A DNA stretch of 64,000 nucleotides, taken from Promethearchaeota archaeon. GTDB taxonomy: Archaea; Asgardarchaeota; Lokiarchaeia; Sigyniarchaeales; SOKP01. Under the pieces are notes generated by a model that was given only the letters and a program-made list of their open reading frames with translations, did no database searches and was not told the origin of the DNA. This document shows positions 10,991-22,190 of this stretch, one piece after another; the stretch's first letter is position 1, and every line of letters starts with the position of its first letter. The DNA lies in contig JAHLWS010000070.1 of assembly GCA_019057795.1 (NCBI GenBank), positions 64,001 through 128,000 of the forward strand. The letters run 5' to 3'. The position numbers and the translations under genes are program-made.

Positions 10991-12064
10991 TTATTCTAAA
11001 TAAAATTTTTCATCAATATTTGAAATTGTTGAATGTTGCGAAAGAAAATTTAATAAAAACTCTCTATCTTCGTTATTTTTTTGTTTTGAGAGTCTAATAA
11101 CGAAACTTAATTCTTCTTCACTTTCTATATCTATCCAGTGTAACCTCTCAAAATATTTTAGAATGTTTAAAAGAAAGTTAGAATCCTTTGAATGGTTTTC
11201 CACTTCTTTTTTAATTAGGTTAAACCATTTATTTTTAACTTTATTATCTTTAAAGCCAATAAATACACCTTTATCCTTCGCCATTTTCATCCACAGGTAA
11301 AAATCCTCATCGTTAATAATTTTATAATAATTTGTCAAAAACGATAAGTTATGTTCTATAAGTTTGAATCGTTCCTTTCTAGCAATTTCTTTACGAAAAA
11401 GTAAATCTGTAGCTATCATATCGAATCTACAATATAAATTTGCTTCAGAAAAGTTTATATCTGTTATTTTGACGCCTAAAACAGCTAGTAAAGCCGCGTT
11501 AAATTTGCAATTCTCAAAAAACAAATTTCTATACGTTCCAATATATTCAAAAACACCTTTAGCGTATTTAGAATTTTCCTCTGTAAAAATATCTATTCTT
11601 ATTTCTTTTGTTAATTTATTCTTTAAATAGAAATTTTTAGCTCTCTCGAACCTTTCCTTTAACTCTCGATAGTCATATGGTTTTAAACCACCTGTAAATA
11701 ACTTTCTAAATCCTAACAAAAATCGAGGAAATTCATGAAAAGTAAAGTTTGTGTATCTATTCGATTTTAAAATGAACTCGTAAAATGGAATGATTCCCTT
11801 GAATGTAAACTGATCGAAAAATTCTTGAGTTTTCTCGTCAACAAATCGTTTAAAATCATCTAAAGTTTTTCCACTTTTAAAACTTTCCATGGATTGTTCC
11901 ATAACATAGTTAAAAAAAGCAGATACGCTTTTAAATCTCTTATCATCTGGATTTTTTCGTTGATTCACTTTAACATATCTTTCTATCCACTCTTTAAGCG
12001 CGGGGGATAAAGATATCGTTTGTTGAGCTGTTTTTTTATTAGATAGATATTTTTTAGTAGTCAT
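10991..12064 (-). CDS. hypothetical protein with ribbon-helix-helix-like N-terminus (putative regulator)
   Basis: 357-aa ORF; QQTISLSPALKEWIERYV...SVSAFFNYVM resembles an RHH pattern. Confidence 0.55.
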   Translation of the reverse strand: MTTKKYLSNKKTAQQTISLSPALKEWIERYVKVNQRKNPDDKRFKSVSAFFNYVMEQSMESFKSGKTLDDFKRFVDEKTQEFFDQFTFKGIIPFYEFILKSNRYTNFTFHEFPRFLLGFRKLFTGGLKPYDYRELKERFERAKNFYLKNKLTKEIRIDIFTEENSKYAKGVFEYIGTYRNLFFENCKFNAALLAVLGVKITDINFSEANLYCRFDMIATDLLFRKEIARKERFKLIEHNLSFLTNYYKIINDEDFYLWMKMAKDKGVFIGFKDNKVKNKWFNLIKKEVENHSKDSNFLLNILKYFERLHWIDIESEEELSFVIRLSKQKNNEDREFLLNFLSQHSTISNIDEKFYLE

Positions 12065-12578
12065 TCATCTAACCCTTTTTAGAATAATATGTATAAATTT
12101 CATTATATATTAATTTATAAAAATGTTAAAGTATTTAAAATTTAATTAGAATTTATTGTTTGATTTAATTTTTTTGAAAGTACATTTCTGCCATATATAG
12201 AGCAAAAATCTGAATTTTCAACTTAATATATGTGAAATTACAAAAATGAATGCTCTTTTTAAAATTAGATATAAATAAGTAATCAGTTTTATTTATAGAA
12301 CAGTACATTTGAGTCAATAATAGATTTAAATCATTATTATATTCAACAAAACCAATTTCAATCAATATTTTTGAATATTTGTTAAAAAAATTTTAAGTAG
12401 TACGTTTTATAAAGAGAAAAGTAATAGTTTAAATGAACATAACTCTGAAAAAAAAGCTTTTAATTTATTAAAAGGGAGACTCCTGTCAAAAAAACCAAAT
12501 ATAAGGTTAGGAGGATTATTAGGATTTAGCTTATCCAGGGCGAAATCTTAACACTCTTAAGTAGAGTTAAATTTATTA

Positions 12579-14207
12579 TTATAATTTTTTTGAGACATAG
12601 TATCCATCAAGTTTATAACCCATTTTATAAAACCAATCCCTCGCTCCAATACCACTAATTACTGCTAACTTTTTAGAGTTATAATCTTCAACCGCAATTT
12701 TTTCAGCGTTTTCCATTAACAATTTCCCATAACCTCTATGCTGAAGCTGGTTGCTATTACTTGGATTTGCATCTGTAGGAACTAATTCACCTACTACTCT
12801 AACTTCTCTTATAATCATCGTTTTACCATCCCTCAACTCAGGTCTATGAGCAAATTCAGAAGGTTTTCTCAATCTCAAATAACCTACCAAATAACCTTCC
12901 TTATTGTTTTCATAAGAAAGAAAGGTTTCCTGTCCTAGAGATGCCTTATAATCTAAACGATTTAATTTAATATTATTAAAAAAACCTTCTTCAATATTTT
13001 TTTCTCTTTTTATTATCCCATATTCTCGGCATCTAATACAATTACAATTAATATCAAGCTCTTTTAATCTCTTATTAACAAGTTGCCTCAAATTACTTTT
13101 TTTACAACCAGCTTCAATTAAAAATGCTGGTATATCTCTCATGATTCGCTGGATTCTTACATAAGGAGGAAGATGTTGTTTTATTTTTGCAATTAAATTA
13201 ATCAATTCACCTAATGAGTACGGTGTATATCTACCATCCTTCCACCAATCATACAATTTAGTTCCCTTAATTACCAAACAGGGGTAGATTTTTAACATAT
13301 CCGGACGATATTCTGGATTAGAAAATAGAATATCAAATGATTCAAGATCTTTAGCAAAGTTAGATCCTGGTAAATTAGGCATCATATGAGTATTTATTTT
13401 TAAACCTGCATCCTTAGCAATCCTAATAGCATCAATACTATTTTGAGTTGTATGACCTCGGTTATTTTTTTTATAAATTTCATCAAATACTGTCTGAATT
13501 CCAATTTCTACTCTAGTAGCACCATAATTTAACATCCTATCAACATATGGTTCTGTGCAATAATCAGGTCGGGTTTCAATTGTTAAACCTATTAATCTTC
13601 TTTTTGATTTTTCTGACAATCTTTTTACTTCTTCTAATGTTTTAACTCTCTTTTCAAGAATTCCTTCATATGCCCCTTTAATGAACTCTTCTTGATAAAT
13701 AATTGCAGAAGATAAGAAGGTTCCCCCCATTACAATTAATTCGATTTTATCAACAGTATGACCTATCGCTTCTAAATCCTCAATTCTACTTTTAACTTGT
13801 CTGTAAGCATCATAATTATTGTGAATAGATCTCATCGCAGCCGGTTCTCGGCCAGTATACGATTGAGCTACTTTTTGATCTGGTTGGGAATCTTGACCAG
13901 GGCAATAAACACATGTTCCAGGACATGGGAGAGGTTTCGTCATAATAGCTATTACAGATACCCCCGAAAGCGTTCGTGTAGTTCGTCTTCTTAATAATTG
14001 AGTTAAAATTTGTTTTTCTTCTTCTGTTGAATAGGTTAGTATTGTTGCATTCTTAATTACTTCATTATAATTAAATTTTTTAGCATATTTTCCCTTAATA
14101 TTAGTAATCTTTTCGCGAGGTGTATTTGGATGCTCCAGGAGATAATCAATAATAGCACGAGCGATTTTTTTAATTTTCTCAATATTAATAGATTCAGATG
14201 ATTCCAT
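12579..14207 (-). CDS. elp3: tRNA uridine(34) acetyltransferase Elp3 (radical SAM + KAT)
   Basis: RTLSGV, CPGTCVYCPG, QSYTGREPA, ETRPD, QHRGYG, VISGIGAR. Confidence 0.96.
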   Translation of the reverse strand: MESSESINIEKIKKIARAIIDYLLEHPNTPREKITNIKGKYAKKFNYNEVIKNATILTYSTEEEKQILTQLLRRRTTRTLSGVSVIAIMTKPLPCPGTCVYCPGQDSQPDQKVAQSYTGREPAAMRSIHNNYDAYRQVKSRIEDLEAIGHTVDKIELIVMGGTFLSSAIIYQEEFIKGAYEGILEKRVKTLEEVKRLSEKSKRRLIGLTIETRPDYCTEPYVDRMLNYGATRVEIGIQTVFDEIYKKNNRGHTTQNSIDAIRIAKDAGLKINTHMMPNLPGSNFAKDLESFDILFSNPEYRPDMLKIYPCLVIKGTKLYDWWKDGRYTPYSLGELINLIAKIKQHLPPYVRIQRIMRDIPAFLIEAGCKKSNLRQLVNKRLKELDINCNCIRCREYGIIKREKNIEEGFFNNIKLNRLDYKASLGQETFLSYENNKEGYLVGYLRLRKPSEFAHRPELRDGKTMIIREVRVVGELVPTDANPSNSNQLQHRGYGKLLMENAEKIAVEDYNSKKLAVISGIGARDWFYKMGYKLDGYYVSKKL

Positions 14208-14247
14208 TCACATCAAATTTGTTTAAAATAATAAGGATATCTAAATG

Positions 14248-15102
14248 TTAATCTAAAGGGATTTTCTTACCAGAAAAATCTCTTTTATATTTACCAAAAT
14301 CATCCATTTGTCTTAAATTTTTTGAATCGAATACGGGTCCATCCTTACACACTAATAACCCTAAAGGATCAACAGCGCATAATCCGCATAAACCACATCC
14401 GCATCTCATAATTCGTTCTAGACTAGCTTGTAGCTTAATACTATATCTTTCGCATATTTGAAATACTTTAAAAATCATTTTTTCAGGTCCACAAGTATAT
14501 GCCGTAAGGTTATGAATTTCAGATTTAGAATAATTTTTAACTAAACTTTCAAAAGTTTCAGAAGCGAATCCTTTTAATCCATAACTTCCATCGTCAGTAC
14601 TATAAATAATCTCTGAATATTCATGATCTAAAGATTGGAAATCATTAATAAACATTATTTCTTCACCAATTTTAGCACCTTCAATAATAGTAAATTTTGA
14701 GTTTTTTCTCATTATTTCTAATGAAAGACATTTAAGGGGTGCCATTCCAATTCCACCTCCAATTAAAATGAGTTTTTTCGAAGAATCATTTGGAAGTATA
14801 AAATTATTACCTAATGGACCTCTGATACCAATAAAATCACCAATTTTTAAATTATGAATTGCATTTGTACATTCTCCAACATCTTTTACAGTGATCGCCC
14901 AATTACCTTTGTCATCATAGCTAGATAATGACATTGGAACCTCATCCACACCAGGGACCCAAACCATCACAAATTGCCCAGCTTTAGGAATATTATATCT
15001 TCCTTGATTGCCTTCTTTCATATTAAAATAAATAGTCTTAACTCCCTTACATTCATTTGTGATATCTTTAACTTTCACGGTCTTGATTGTGTTTTCAGTC
15101 AA
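14248..15102 (-). CDS. pyrK: dihydroorotate dehydrogenase electron-transfer subunit
   Basis: GQFVMVW, RGPLGN, GGGIGMAP, CGCGLCGLC..CKDGPVF 2Fe-2S motif. Confidence 0.93.
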   Translation of the reverse strand: MTENTIKTVKVKDITNECKGVKTIYFNMKEGNQGRYNIPKAGQFVMVWVPGVDEVPMSLSSYDDKGNWAITVKDVGECTNAIHNLKIGDFIGIRGPLGNNFILPNDSSKKLILIGGGIGMAPLKCLSLEIMRKNSKFTIIEGAKIGEEIMFINDFQSLDHEYSEIIYSTDDGSYGLKGFASETFESLVKNYSKSEIHNLTAYTCGPEKMIFKVFQICERYSIKLQASLERIMRCGCGLCGLCAVDPLGLLVCKDGPVFDSKNLRQMDDFGKYKRDFSGKKIPLD

Positions 15103-16021
15103 ATTCAGGCACCTCTTGAGTTTTAAATTGATGAGCTAACCCTTTTATATCATTAAGAGAGTTTAAGTTATTTTTATTTAAATAATTCCGTAATCCATTG
15201 TTAATTTCGTGAATAATTTCAAATCCGTTGTATAAAGCTGTTCCTATTTGGACTGCTGAGGCTCCTGCTAGGAAAAGTTCAATCACATCTTCCCATGAAT
15301 CAATTCCTCCACATCCAATTATGGGAATGTTCAAAATCTTATATAGGTCATATACTTTTTTCACAGCAATAGGATGAATTGCTTTTCCTGATAGTCCTCC
15401 ACTTCCATGAGATAAAATTGGTCTCTTGGTGTTAATATCGATCTTAATTGCGGTTAGGGTATTTATTGCAACAACTCCATCAGCACCCCCCTTTTCTGCA
15501 GCTAAAGCAATTTCACTAAGATTTGTAACGTTAGGATTTAATTTAACAAAGAGCGGGATTGATAAATTTTTCTTTAATAATTTTGTAATTTTAAAGGTAA
15601 GGTCTTTATCAATACCAATAGAAGAAATTTCAGCATGAGGACAAGAAATATTTATTTCAATTGCATCTGCTCCTGCATTCTGAGCTTTTAATGCTACATC
15701 TAAATATGTTTCATTACTATCTCCAAAGACACTAACAATCAGAGGTATTTTATGTGATTTTATTTCTTCAATTTCAGAGATAAAGTTATCAATCCCTGGA
15801 TTACCAAGCCCTACACTATTTAGAAAAGTCCCTGGATATAATTCAATAATTGAAGGATTTTTAAATCCCTTTCTAGGTCTAGGTCCAATAGATTTGGTTG
15901 TTATAGCACCTATTCCGATATTAATCAATCTTAACATCGTAGAATAAGATACTCCTAAAATGCCGGAAGCTAAAATCAAAGGAGAGTTTAACTTTAAACC
16001 AGAAATATTTACTTCAAGCAT
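15095..16021 (-). CDS. pyrD: dihydroorotate dehydrogenase type 1B catalytic subunit
   Basis: LASG, TTKS, NISCPH, VKLNPN, GGLSG, VQIGT; ATG at 16021 avoids overlap with nop5. Confidence 0.94.
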   Translation of the reverse strand: MLEVNISGLKLNSPLILASGILGVSYSTMLRLINIGIGAITTKSIGPRPRKGFKNPSIIELYPGTFLNSVGLGNPGIDNFISEIEEIKSHKIPLIVSVFGDSNETYLDVALKAQNAGADAIEINISCPHAEISSIGIDKDLTFKITKLLKKNLSIPLFVKLNPNVTNLSEIALAAEKGGADGVVAINTLTAIKIDINTKRPILSHGSGGLSGKAIHPIAVKKVYDLYKILNIPIIGCGGIDSWEDVIELFLAGASAVQIGTALYNGFEIIHEINNGLRNYLNKNNLNSLNDIKGLAHQFKTQEVPEFD

Positions 16022-16091
16022 TACTATTATAATGTAAGAAATTATTATTATTATTATTTGAGAAATTTTATTTACGCGTAGATTTAGAAAA

Positions 16092-17315
16092 ATGAAATGT
16101 TTTATCATTGATACATTAATAGGAATATATACTATTGATGATAGTGGAAATTTTCTTAATTTTATTGATTTCTTGGACGATATCCAAAGAGTTATGAGTT
16201 TTTATGATTCATTAGATAATAATTTAATAGTTAAAGAGTATTCAGATTTTATCAATGAGTTGAGAAATTCGGGTTTTGACGAGTTTGTATTTGATAATAA
16301 AAAGTTACAGATTTTAACATCAGAAGAATTTGGATTTAACACTTCTTTTGAAAGACACTCTCTTGAGTTTAAAAATTTTCGCTTTAATTTAGAAGATCAA
16401 CTGAAAAGATTAGGGATTCATAAAACTCGAAAAGAAATTCTCTCCATTTTTAAGAAAGTTGAAGTTCAATTAATTAAGAAGAGAATAAGTCAGGCTGGAG
16501 CTCGAGGAGATGTAGAAATCATTCAAATCATAGAAACACTTGAGATTCTTAAAAAATCAATAAGCCTATTCTCGAGTCGTCTTAGAGAATGGTATGGTTT
16601 ACATTTTCCAGAACTTACTGATAAATTAATTGAAGATAATGTTATAATTGCCAAAATGGTTTCAATTTTAGGAAGCCGAGATAACTTTACTTATGATAAG
16701 ATTACTCAAAATTTTAGTTTCAAGGAAAGAAGAATTAAAACTTTGCAGAAGTTGGCTTCCCAATCAATGGGAGCAGATATTAATCTTAATATTGTTAAAA
16801 ACTACGCTAATCAGATTTTATCATTGGACGAGTTCAGACAAGAATTAGAAGAATATTTAAATACATTAATGGAACAAGTTGCTCCAAATCTCTATGCTTT
16901 AGTCGGAGGTTTAGTTGGGGCGAAATTAATAGCAAAAGCGGGAAGTTTAAAAGATTTAGCTTATATGCCAGCTTCAAGGGTTCAACTACTAGGAGCTGAA
17001 AAAGCTTTGTATAGATTCCTTAAAACGGGTGAAAAGCGACCAAAACACGGGTTAATTTTTCAGTGGAATTTGATTAGAGGAAGTAAAGCGTATAACCGTG
17101 GAAAGATCTCTAGAGTGATTTCAGGGAAAATTGGAATTGCTACTAAAGTAGATTTTTTTAAAGGTGAGTTCATAGGAGATATTTTAGCAAGAGAAATTGA
17201 AGAAAAAATAAAAGAGATTGAAAAAAAATATCCAAAACCTCCTATAAAAAAAAGTGAGCCCAAAACCAAAATAAAATCAAATAAAAAGCAAATAAGTAAG
17301 AAAAGAAGGAGGTAA
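16092..17315 (+). CDS. nop5: C/D box sRNP protein Nop5 (Nop56/58)
   Basis: REWYGLHFPEL, APNL, LLGAEKAL, PKHGLIF, lysine-rich tail. Confidence 0.95.
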   Translation: MKCFIIDTLIGIYTIDDSGNFLNFIDFLDDIQRVMSFYDSLDNNLIVKEYSDFINELRNSGFDEFVFDNKKLQILTSEEFGFNTSFERHSLEFKNFRFNLEDQLKRLGIHKTRKEILSIFKKVEVQLIKKRISQAGARGDVEIIQIIETLEILKKSISLFSSRLREWYGLHFPELTDKLIEDNVIIAKMVSILGSRDNFTYDKITQNFSFKERRIKTLQKLASQSMGADINLNIVKNYANQILSLDEFRQELEEYLNTLMEQVAPNLYALVGGLVGAKLIAKAGSLKDLAYMPASRVQLLGAEKALYRFLKTGEKRPKHGLIFQWNLIRGSKAYNRGKISRVISGKIGIATKVDFFKGEFIGDILAREIEEKIKEIEKKYPKPPIKKSEPKTKIKSNKKQISKKRRR

Positions 17316-17322
17316 AGTTATT

Positions 17323-18012
17323 TTGAGCAATGTTAATATCAGAACCCATCCAAAATACTCTAATGTTTATATATCTGGACCTCCACATAACCTAAAACTC
17401 TATTCTAGAAACCTAGTTCCTGGAAATAAAGTGTACGGGGAGAAGTTAATTACATTTAAAGGAGAAGAATATCGAGAATGGGATCCTTATAGAAGTAAAT
17501 TAGCTGCAATGATATTGGAAAAACCTTCAGTGGATTTCTTATCAAGCGAATTAAAATGTTTGTATTTAGGAGCGTCATCGGGTACTACAATATCTCATCT
17601 CTCAGACATAGTTTACAAGGGAATTATCTATGGAGTAGAATTTGCGGAACGTAGTATGCGACAATTAATTCAAAACACCAATAATAGAAAAAATATTGTT
17701 CCAATATTAGGAGACGCTAATTTTCCAGAAAAATATGCTAATTCCGTTTTTACTAATATTGATTTAGTTTATCAAGATATAGCTCAGCCAAACCAAGCAC
17801 AAATTGCTATTGCGAACTGTAGTTATTACCTAAAGGATAAAGGAACTCTAATTCTTGCAATTAAATCTCAATCAATAGATAGTGTTCAAAAACCTGAAAA
17901 AATTTACATTCAAGAGAAAAAGATTTTAGAAAAAGCGGGTTATAAAATAAGCGAAATCTTCAACATTCATAAATACGCAGCCAACCATATTATTTTAATT
18001 GCCCACAAATAA
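17323..18012 (+). CDS. flpA: fibrillarin-like rRNA/tRNA 2'-O-methyltransferase
   Basis: VYGE, REWDPYRSKLAA, LYLGASSGTT, YQDIAQPNQ. Confidence 0.96.
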   Translation: MSNVNIRTHPKYSNVYISGPPHNLKLYSRNLVPGNKVYGEKLITFKGEEYREWDPYRSKLAAMILEKPSVDFLSSELKCLYLGASSGTTISHLSDIVYKGIIYGVEFAERSMRQLIQNTNNRKNIVPILGDANFPEKYANSVFTNIDLVYQDIAQPNQAQIAIANCSYYLKDKGTLILAIKSQSIDSVQKPEKIYIQEKKILEKAGYKISEIFNIHKYAANHIILIAHK

Positions 18013-18052
18013 TTTAGCCAATATTTTTATTAATTTTCATTTTACAAAAAAT

Positions 18053-18748
18053 TTATACAAAATCAGTAATTTTTTTCGAATATAATTCTTCTCTGATTAT
18101 TTTTTTCGTAGTTTCCCACGATTTTCTCGCGATAGGTGGAGCTTTCTTATTCTTTCTTATCCATTCTCGAAGGAATGTAGTACTTCGTAAGTCTGAGGGA
18201 TATCCTGAGCCAAAATCTCCATAATTCTTTTTTAATTCTTCAATGAGTCTATCTCTCATATCTTTAGCGATAATTGAGCTCGCTGAAACTATTGGGTATA
18301 AATCGTCAGCCTTATGTTTAGAAATTATTTTTTTCGGTGAATAATTTAATAATGCCTGAATAGATGATGTAAATCTATCTTCAATAACATCTGCCGCGTC
18401 TATATATATTACATCTGGTTTAAGTTCATTAATAATTTCTGCCATTTTCAGTTCTTCGAGTCTATTCAGTGTGATTTTCTTCTTTTCTCTCGCATCTATT
18501 TCTTGAGCTCCAATAACTTTTGCTTTATATGTTTTACAATTTTCTTTTATAATTTTTGCTAATTCACTTCGTCTTTTTGTAGATAATTTTTTTGAATCTT
18601 TAACCCCGATTTCTGTTAAAAACCCCAATTTTGATTTAAGGAAGCAAACGCCACAAATAACCATAGGCCCCAAGACAGGTCCCCTACCCGCTTCGTCAAT
18701 GCCACAAATAACTTCTTGGTTAGTTCCCTGATTCTTGGATGAGGTCAA
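18053..18748 (-). CDS. rnhB: ribonuclease HII
   Basis: GIDEAGRGPVLGP, VKDSKKL, VSASSIIAK, GSGYPSD, C-terminal PIP-like KKITDF; TTG start at 18748 with GAGG upstream preferred. Confidence 0.95.
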   Translation of the reverse strand: MTSSKNQGTNQEVICGIDEAGRGPVLGPMVICGVCFLKSKLGFLTEIGVKDSKKLSTKRRSELAKIIKENCKTYKAKVIGAQEIDAREKKKITLNRLEELKMAEIINELKPDVIYIDAADVIEDRFTSSIQALLNYSPKKIISKHKADDLYPIVSASSIIAKDMRDRLIEELKKNYGDFGSGYPSDLRSTTFLREWIRKNKKAPPIARKSWETTKKIIREELYSKKITDFV

Positions 18749-19730
18749 CGAATTCCTCTTCATCATCAATTTTTTCTAAATTTCTAATTCTAATGATGGG
18801 AATTTTAATTTTTTTGAGAGAATCGGGTATTTTAATGTCATTGTTTACAATAAAAATAGAATTTTTTTGAAACAGTTCAGTAAACATTTTCAAACATTTA
18901 AAACCGAGCTCGTTAAGTTTTTTATCTTCTTCAGAAACTCCTGAAAAGAGAGGATAAACGCTACTTTCCTTATTTTCATCAATATTTTTTGAATATAACG
19001 ATAGTTTGAAAGGAATTGAACCTTTCTTGGACCAATAAGAACAAATTCCAATGTCATTCAAAACTTCTTGAAGATGAGATTCAAAAGAGTTCAGCATAAT
19101 ATCTTCTTGCAGGTCTTTTCGATCCATACTAAAATTGAAATTCCAATCAAAAATGTTAATTCTTCTAAAAAGATCATTACTTTCTAGTATTAATGAGATT
19201 TTATGAGCTATTTTTTCAGATGGTCGCATGCTTTCATTTTCATACGCACAGACAGTTCTTTTAGTAATTCCAAGTCTTCCAGATAGTTCTTTTCGTGAGA
19301 TTGCTTGTTTTTCTCTCAAAGATTTCATTAAATTACCGTTTAAAAACATAACGCCCCCTCCTCTTCTCGCTAGAATGTACGGATATAACTCTTTGCTGAG
19401 AATATTTTCTAAAGTAGTTAAAGTTATAAACGGCAACCCCTCTCTAATATAAATAGTGTTATCTTCTAATTTTTGATAACGATTTCTAATTCCTATTAAC
19501 AAGGGTTTAGATTTTAACAATAAGGATAAAGATTTAATATCGTTTATTGTATCAGCGTTTAAATTATCAATATTGGAAAAAATTTTTACGCTAAAAACTA
19601 AATCACTCTTTTTTACTAATAAGTCAAAACAAAACTTGTTTTTTTTATTAGAAAAGGAGTCTAAAATAAATGTCTCAAAATTAGCCCTTTTAAGCATATT
19701 ATCTATTTTTTCAAGTAGCGCTTCAATCAT
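18720..19730 (-). CDS. archaeal HTH (XRE-type) transcriptional regulator with nuclease-like N-domain
   Basis: CFDLLVK, ILARRGG, LREKQAISRKELSGRLGITKRTVCAYE HTH. Confidence 0.8.
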   Translation of the reverse strand: MIEALLEKIDNMLKRANFETFILDSFSNKKNKFCFDLLVKKSDLVFSVKIFSNIDNLNADTINDIKSLSLLLKSKPLLIGIRNRYQKLEDNTIYIREGLPFITLTTLENILSKELYPYILARRGGGVMFLNGNLMKSLREKQAISRKELSGRLGITKRTVCAYENESMRPSEKIAHKISLILESNDLFRRINIFDWNFNFSMDRKDLQEDIMLNSFESHLQEVLNDIGICSYWSKKGSIPFKLSLYSKNIDENKESSVYPLFSGVSEEDKKLNELGFKCLKMFTELFQKNSIFIVNNDIKIPDSLKKIKIPIIRIRNLEKIDDEEEFVDLIQESGN

Positions 19731-19844
19731 TTATTCCCATTAATTAAAAGATAAATAGTTAAATAAATTTTTTTTATTATGAAATTATATTCGAACTTAA
19801 TTAATTTAATTGTTATTTTAATTTCTTTAAATAAAGATCAACCT

Positions 19845-20411
19845 TTATTTACTTGTAAGTTTAAGGAAATCAGCATCTGTTATAATTCCAATAAATTTAT
19901 TATTTTCTTTTACTAATACGGCAGGGTATTTAATTAATAAATTTGATATATCTTTAGCGTTCCAATTTTTTTCTACTTCTGGAAAGGGCAATTCTATGAT
20001 AGTTAAAATATCTGCGTTTATTAAATCTGGAGTTGTAGTTATATGTTTCTGAATTTTTTTAGCAGTTATACTTCCGAAATTATAGCTTTTTTCCAAAATC
20101 GGTATCTGTGAAAAATTATATTTACTCATTAGTTTTATTACTTCCTTTATGGTTGAATTTGGTGTTATAGATATTATCTTTGGAGTCATAATATCTTCTG
20201 CGTGCTTTTTTGATCTTTTTTTCTCCATTCGTTCATTTTCTAGGAATTCGATAATCTTTTTCACTTTAGAATAAGGTGGGTCCATGTCTCCATTTTCTAT
20301 TCTTGAGATTGTAGATTGCGAAATATCTAATTTCTCACCCAATTCTTTTTGGCTAATGTTTAATTTTTTTCTTAAATATTTAATTCGAGATAAATTTGGC
20401 AAAACTTCCAT
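19845..20411 (-). CDS. HTH + tandem CBS-domain transcriptional regulator
   Basis: LRKKLNISQKELGEKLDISQSTISRIENG HTH; AEDIMT...FSQIP...GIITDADF CBS pair. Confidence 0.9.
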   Translation of the reverse strand: MEVLPNLSRIKYLRKKLNISQKELGEKLDISQSTISRIENGDMDPPYSKVKKIIEFLENERMEKKRSKKHAEDIMTPKIISITPNSTIKEVIKLMSKYNFSQIPILEKSYNFGSITAKKIQKHITTTPDLINADILTIIELPFPEVEKNWNAKDISNLLIKYPAVLVKENNKFIGIITDADFLKLTSK

Positions 20412-20447
20412 TTTAAAATGCGTAAAACTTATTTAGTATAATTTAAG

Positions 20448-20472
20448 TGCATATTTCATGCAATATATGCAT
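20448..20472. promoter_or_regulatory. overlapping palindromes, candidate operator
   Basis: TGCAT-N5-ATGCA (20448-20462) and ATGCA-N5-TGCAT (20458-20472) between divergent HTH-CBS and mat genes. Confidence 0.45.
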
Positions 20473-20562
20473 ATTATTATCAGTAATTATTTATAATTAT
20501 CAGCAATTTAAAAAAACATAATAAAATAATTATTTATATAATTAAGAAAGAGTTTAATCAAA

Positions 20563-21804
20563 ATGTTGAAAATCACACGGGCTGACTTTTTACCTATTGA
20601 AAAAAGCAAATTTCCTGAAATTTGCGAAAGGAAAGGAATTGGGCACCCAGATAGCGTTTGCGACGCCGTTGCTGATGCTTGTTCGAGAGCGTTATGTGTT
20701 TACTATTTGGAACATTTCGATAGAGTGTATCATCACAACGTTGATAAGGCCGCCTTGGTTGGGGGTGTTGCCAAACCAGAATTCGGAGGAGGAATGATCA
20801 TTCAACCACAATATTTTTTAATAGTAGGAAGAGCTATACATCAAATTCTTACAGAATGTGGAACTAAGAGTAAATTGGAATACATACCCGTTGCTACTAT
20901 TTGTCTTGATACACAACGCCAAGTACTCGCAAAAATATTTAGAAACCTTGATTTAGCTAGAGATATACAATTCGATTATGCAGTTCGACCAGGGTCAATA
21001 GATTTAACCGGAGTTTTTGACGAGTCTCATCATTCGGAAGATATTCCCCTCTCAAATGACACAAGTTTTGGAGTAGGATACGCCCCATATTCAGACGTAG
21101 AAAAAATAACGTTAGAAGCAGAATACCTTATTAATTCTCCGAGCTTCAAGGATAAATGTAAGGGATCGGGTGAAGATGTTAAGGTAATGGTTGAAAGAAT
21201 TGATAACAAGGTTGGAATCACCGTTGCGGCGGCAATGGTCAGCAAGTACATCAACGACGCTGATGAGTATGTTAACTATACAAATCAAATTAAAGACGCT
21301 GTATTAGATTTAGCGGCTAAAATCATCCCAGAACGAGAAGTCACTTGCCAAGTAAATGTAGCAGATAACATAGAGAAAGGAATTTTGTATCTTACCATAA
21401 CGGGCACATCAGCTGAGGCAGGAGATGACGGTGAAGTAGGGCGTGGAAACAGGTCTAACGGGCTAATAACACCTTGCAGAACTATGAGTTTAGAGGCTGT
21501 TTGTGGAAAAAATCCTATTAATCACGTAGGAAAAATCTACAACATTCTAGGAACGGAGATCGCCAGAGAGATTTATAAAAGAGGAGAGGGTGACATTTTA
21601 GAGGCACATGTGAAACTTTTATCCCAAATCGGGCGCCCAATTACGGATCCATGGGTAAACTCAATAGAGTTAATTCCTGCTGAAAATGTAAATTTTGCTA
21701 GCATTGAAAAAATCGCTAAAGAAGTCTCAGAAGATTTGTTGAAAAAGGAAGCGATGATTGATCTAAGGAAGCGATTAATTGCAGGTAAAATACAAGTATT
21801 TTAA
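20563..21804 (+). CDS. mat: archaeal S-adenosylmethionine synthetase
   Basis: [55 protein letters not shown]. Confidence 0.96.
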   Translation: MLKITRADFLPIEKSKFPEICERKGIGHPDSVCDAVADACSRALCVYYLEHFDRVYHHNVDKAALVGGVAKPEFGGGMIIQPQYFLIVGRAIHQILTECGTKSKLEYIPVATICLDTQRQVLAKIFRNLDLARDIQFDYAVRPGSIDLTGVFDESHHSEDIPLSNDTSFGVGYAPYSDVEKITLEAEYLINSPSFKDKCKGSGEDVKVMVERIDNKVGITVAAAMVSKYINDADEYVNYTNQIKDAVLDLAAKIIPEREVTCQVNVADNIEKGILYLTITGTSAEAGDDGEVGRGNRSNGLITPCRTMSLEAVCGKNPINHVGKIYNILGTEIAREIYKRGEGDILEAHVKLLSQIGRPITDPWVNSIELIPAENVNFASIEKIAKEVSEDLLKKEAMIDLRKRLIAGKIQVF

Positions 21805-21932
21805 TTTTTAAGTTTAGATTGGTAAAATTTTTTTGTTCTTTTTTTATATTAAATATTAGAACTAAATAGTAAAAAATACCTAAAAATTTTTGGTTAAATA
21901 ATTAAATTAACTAAAATTGATGTGAGTTAAGC

Positions 21933-22187
21933 TTGGGATTAGACAAGTGGATAAAAACAGAAGAAACTGCAAAAAAGCCAAAGATAAAAGATGATGTTAA
22001 AAAACCAAAAAAGCCTGAATCTAAGCCTAAAGAAAAAAAGGGTACAATAGGACTAAAAAATTTATTGAAATTCGACTTAGTGTGTCCAAAGGCAAAATGT
22101 AAATATCAAAAGACGATAAGAAAGAAAGAGTTAACAGATAAGGATAAAGTCTGCCCTAGATGTAAAAGTATAATGAAAATCAAGTAA
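21933..22187 (+). CDS. small basic zinc-ribbon protein
   Basis: CPKAKC...CPRC, lysine-rich linker, GTGAG upstream of TTG start. Confidence 0.7.
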   Translation: MGLDKWIKTEETAKKPKIKDDVKKPKKPESKPKEKKGTIGLKNLLKFDLVCPKAKCKYQKTIRKKELTDKDKVCPRCKSIMKIK

Positions 22188-22190
22188 ATT

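Noticed and set aside
12165-12365. 66-aa ORF
   Set aside because: AT-rich intergenic sequence, no motif or ribosome-binding site; probably spurious.
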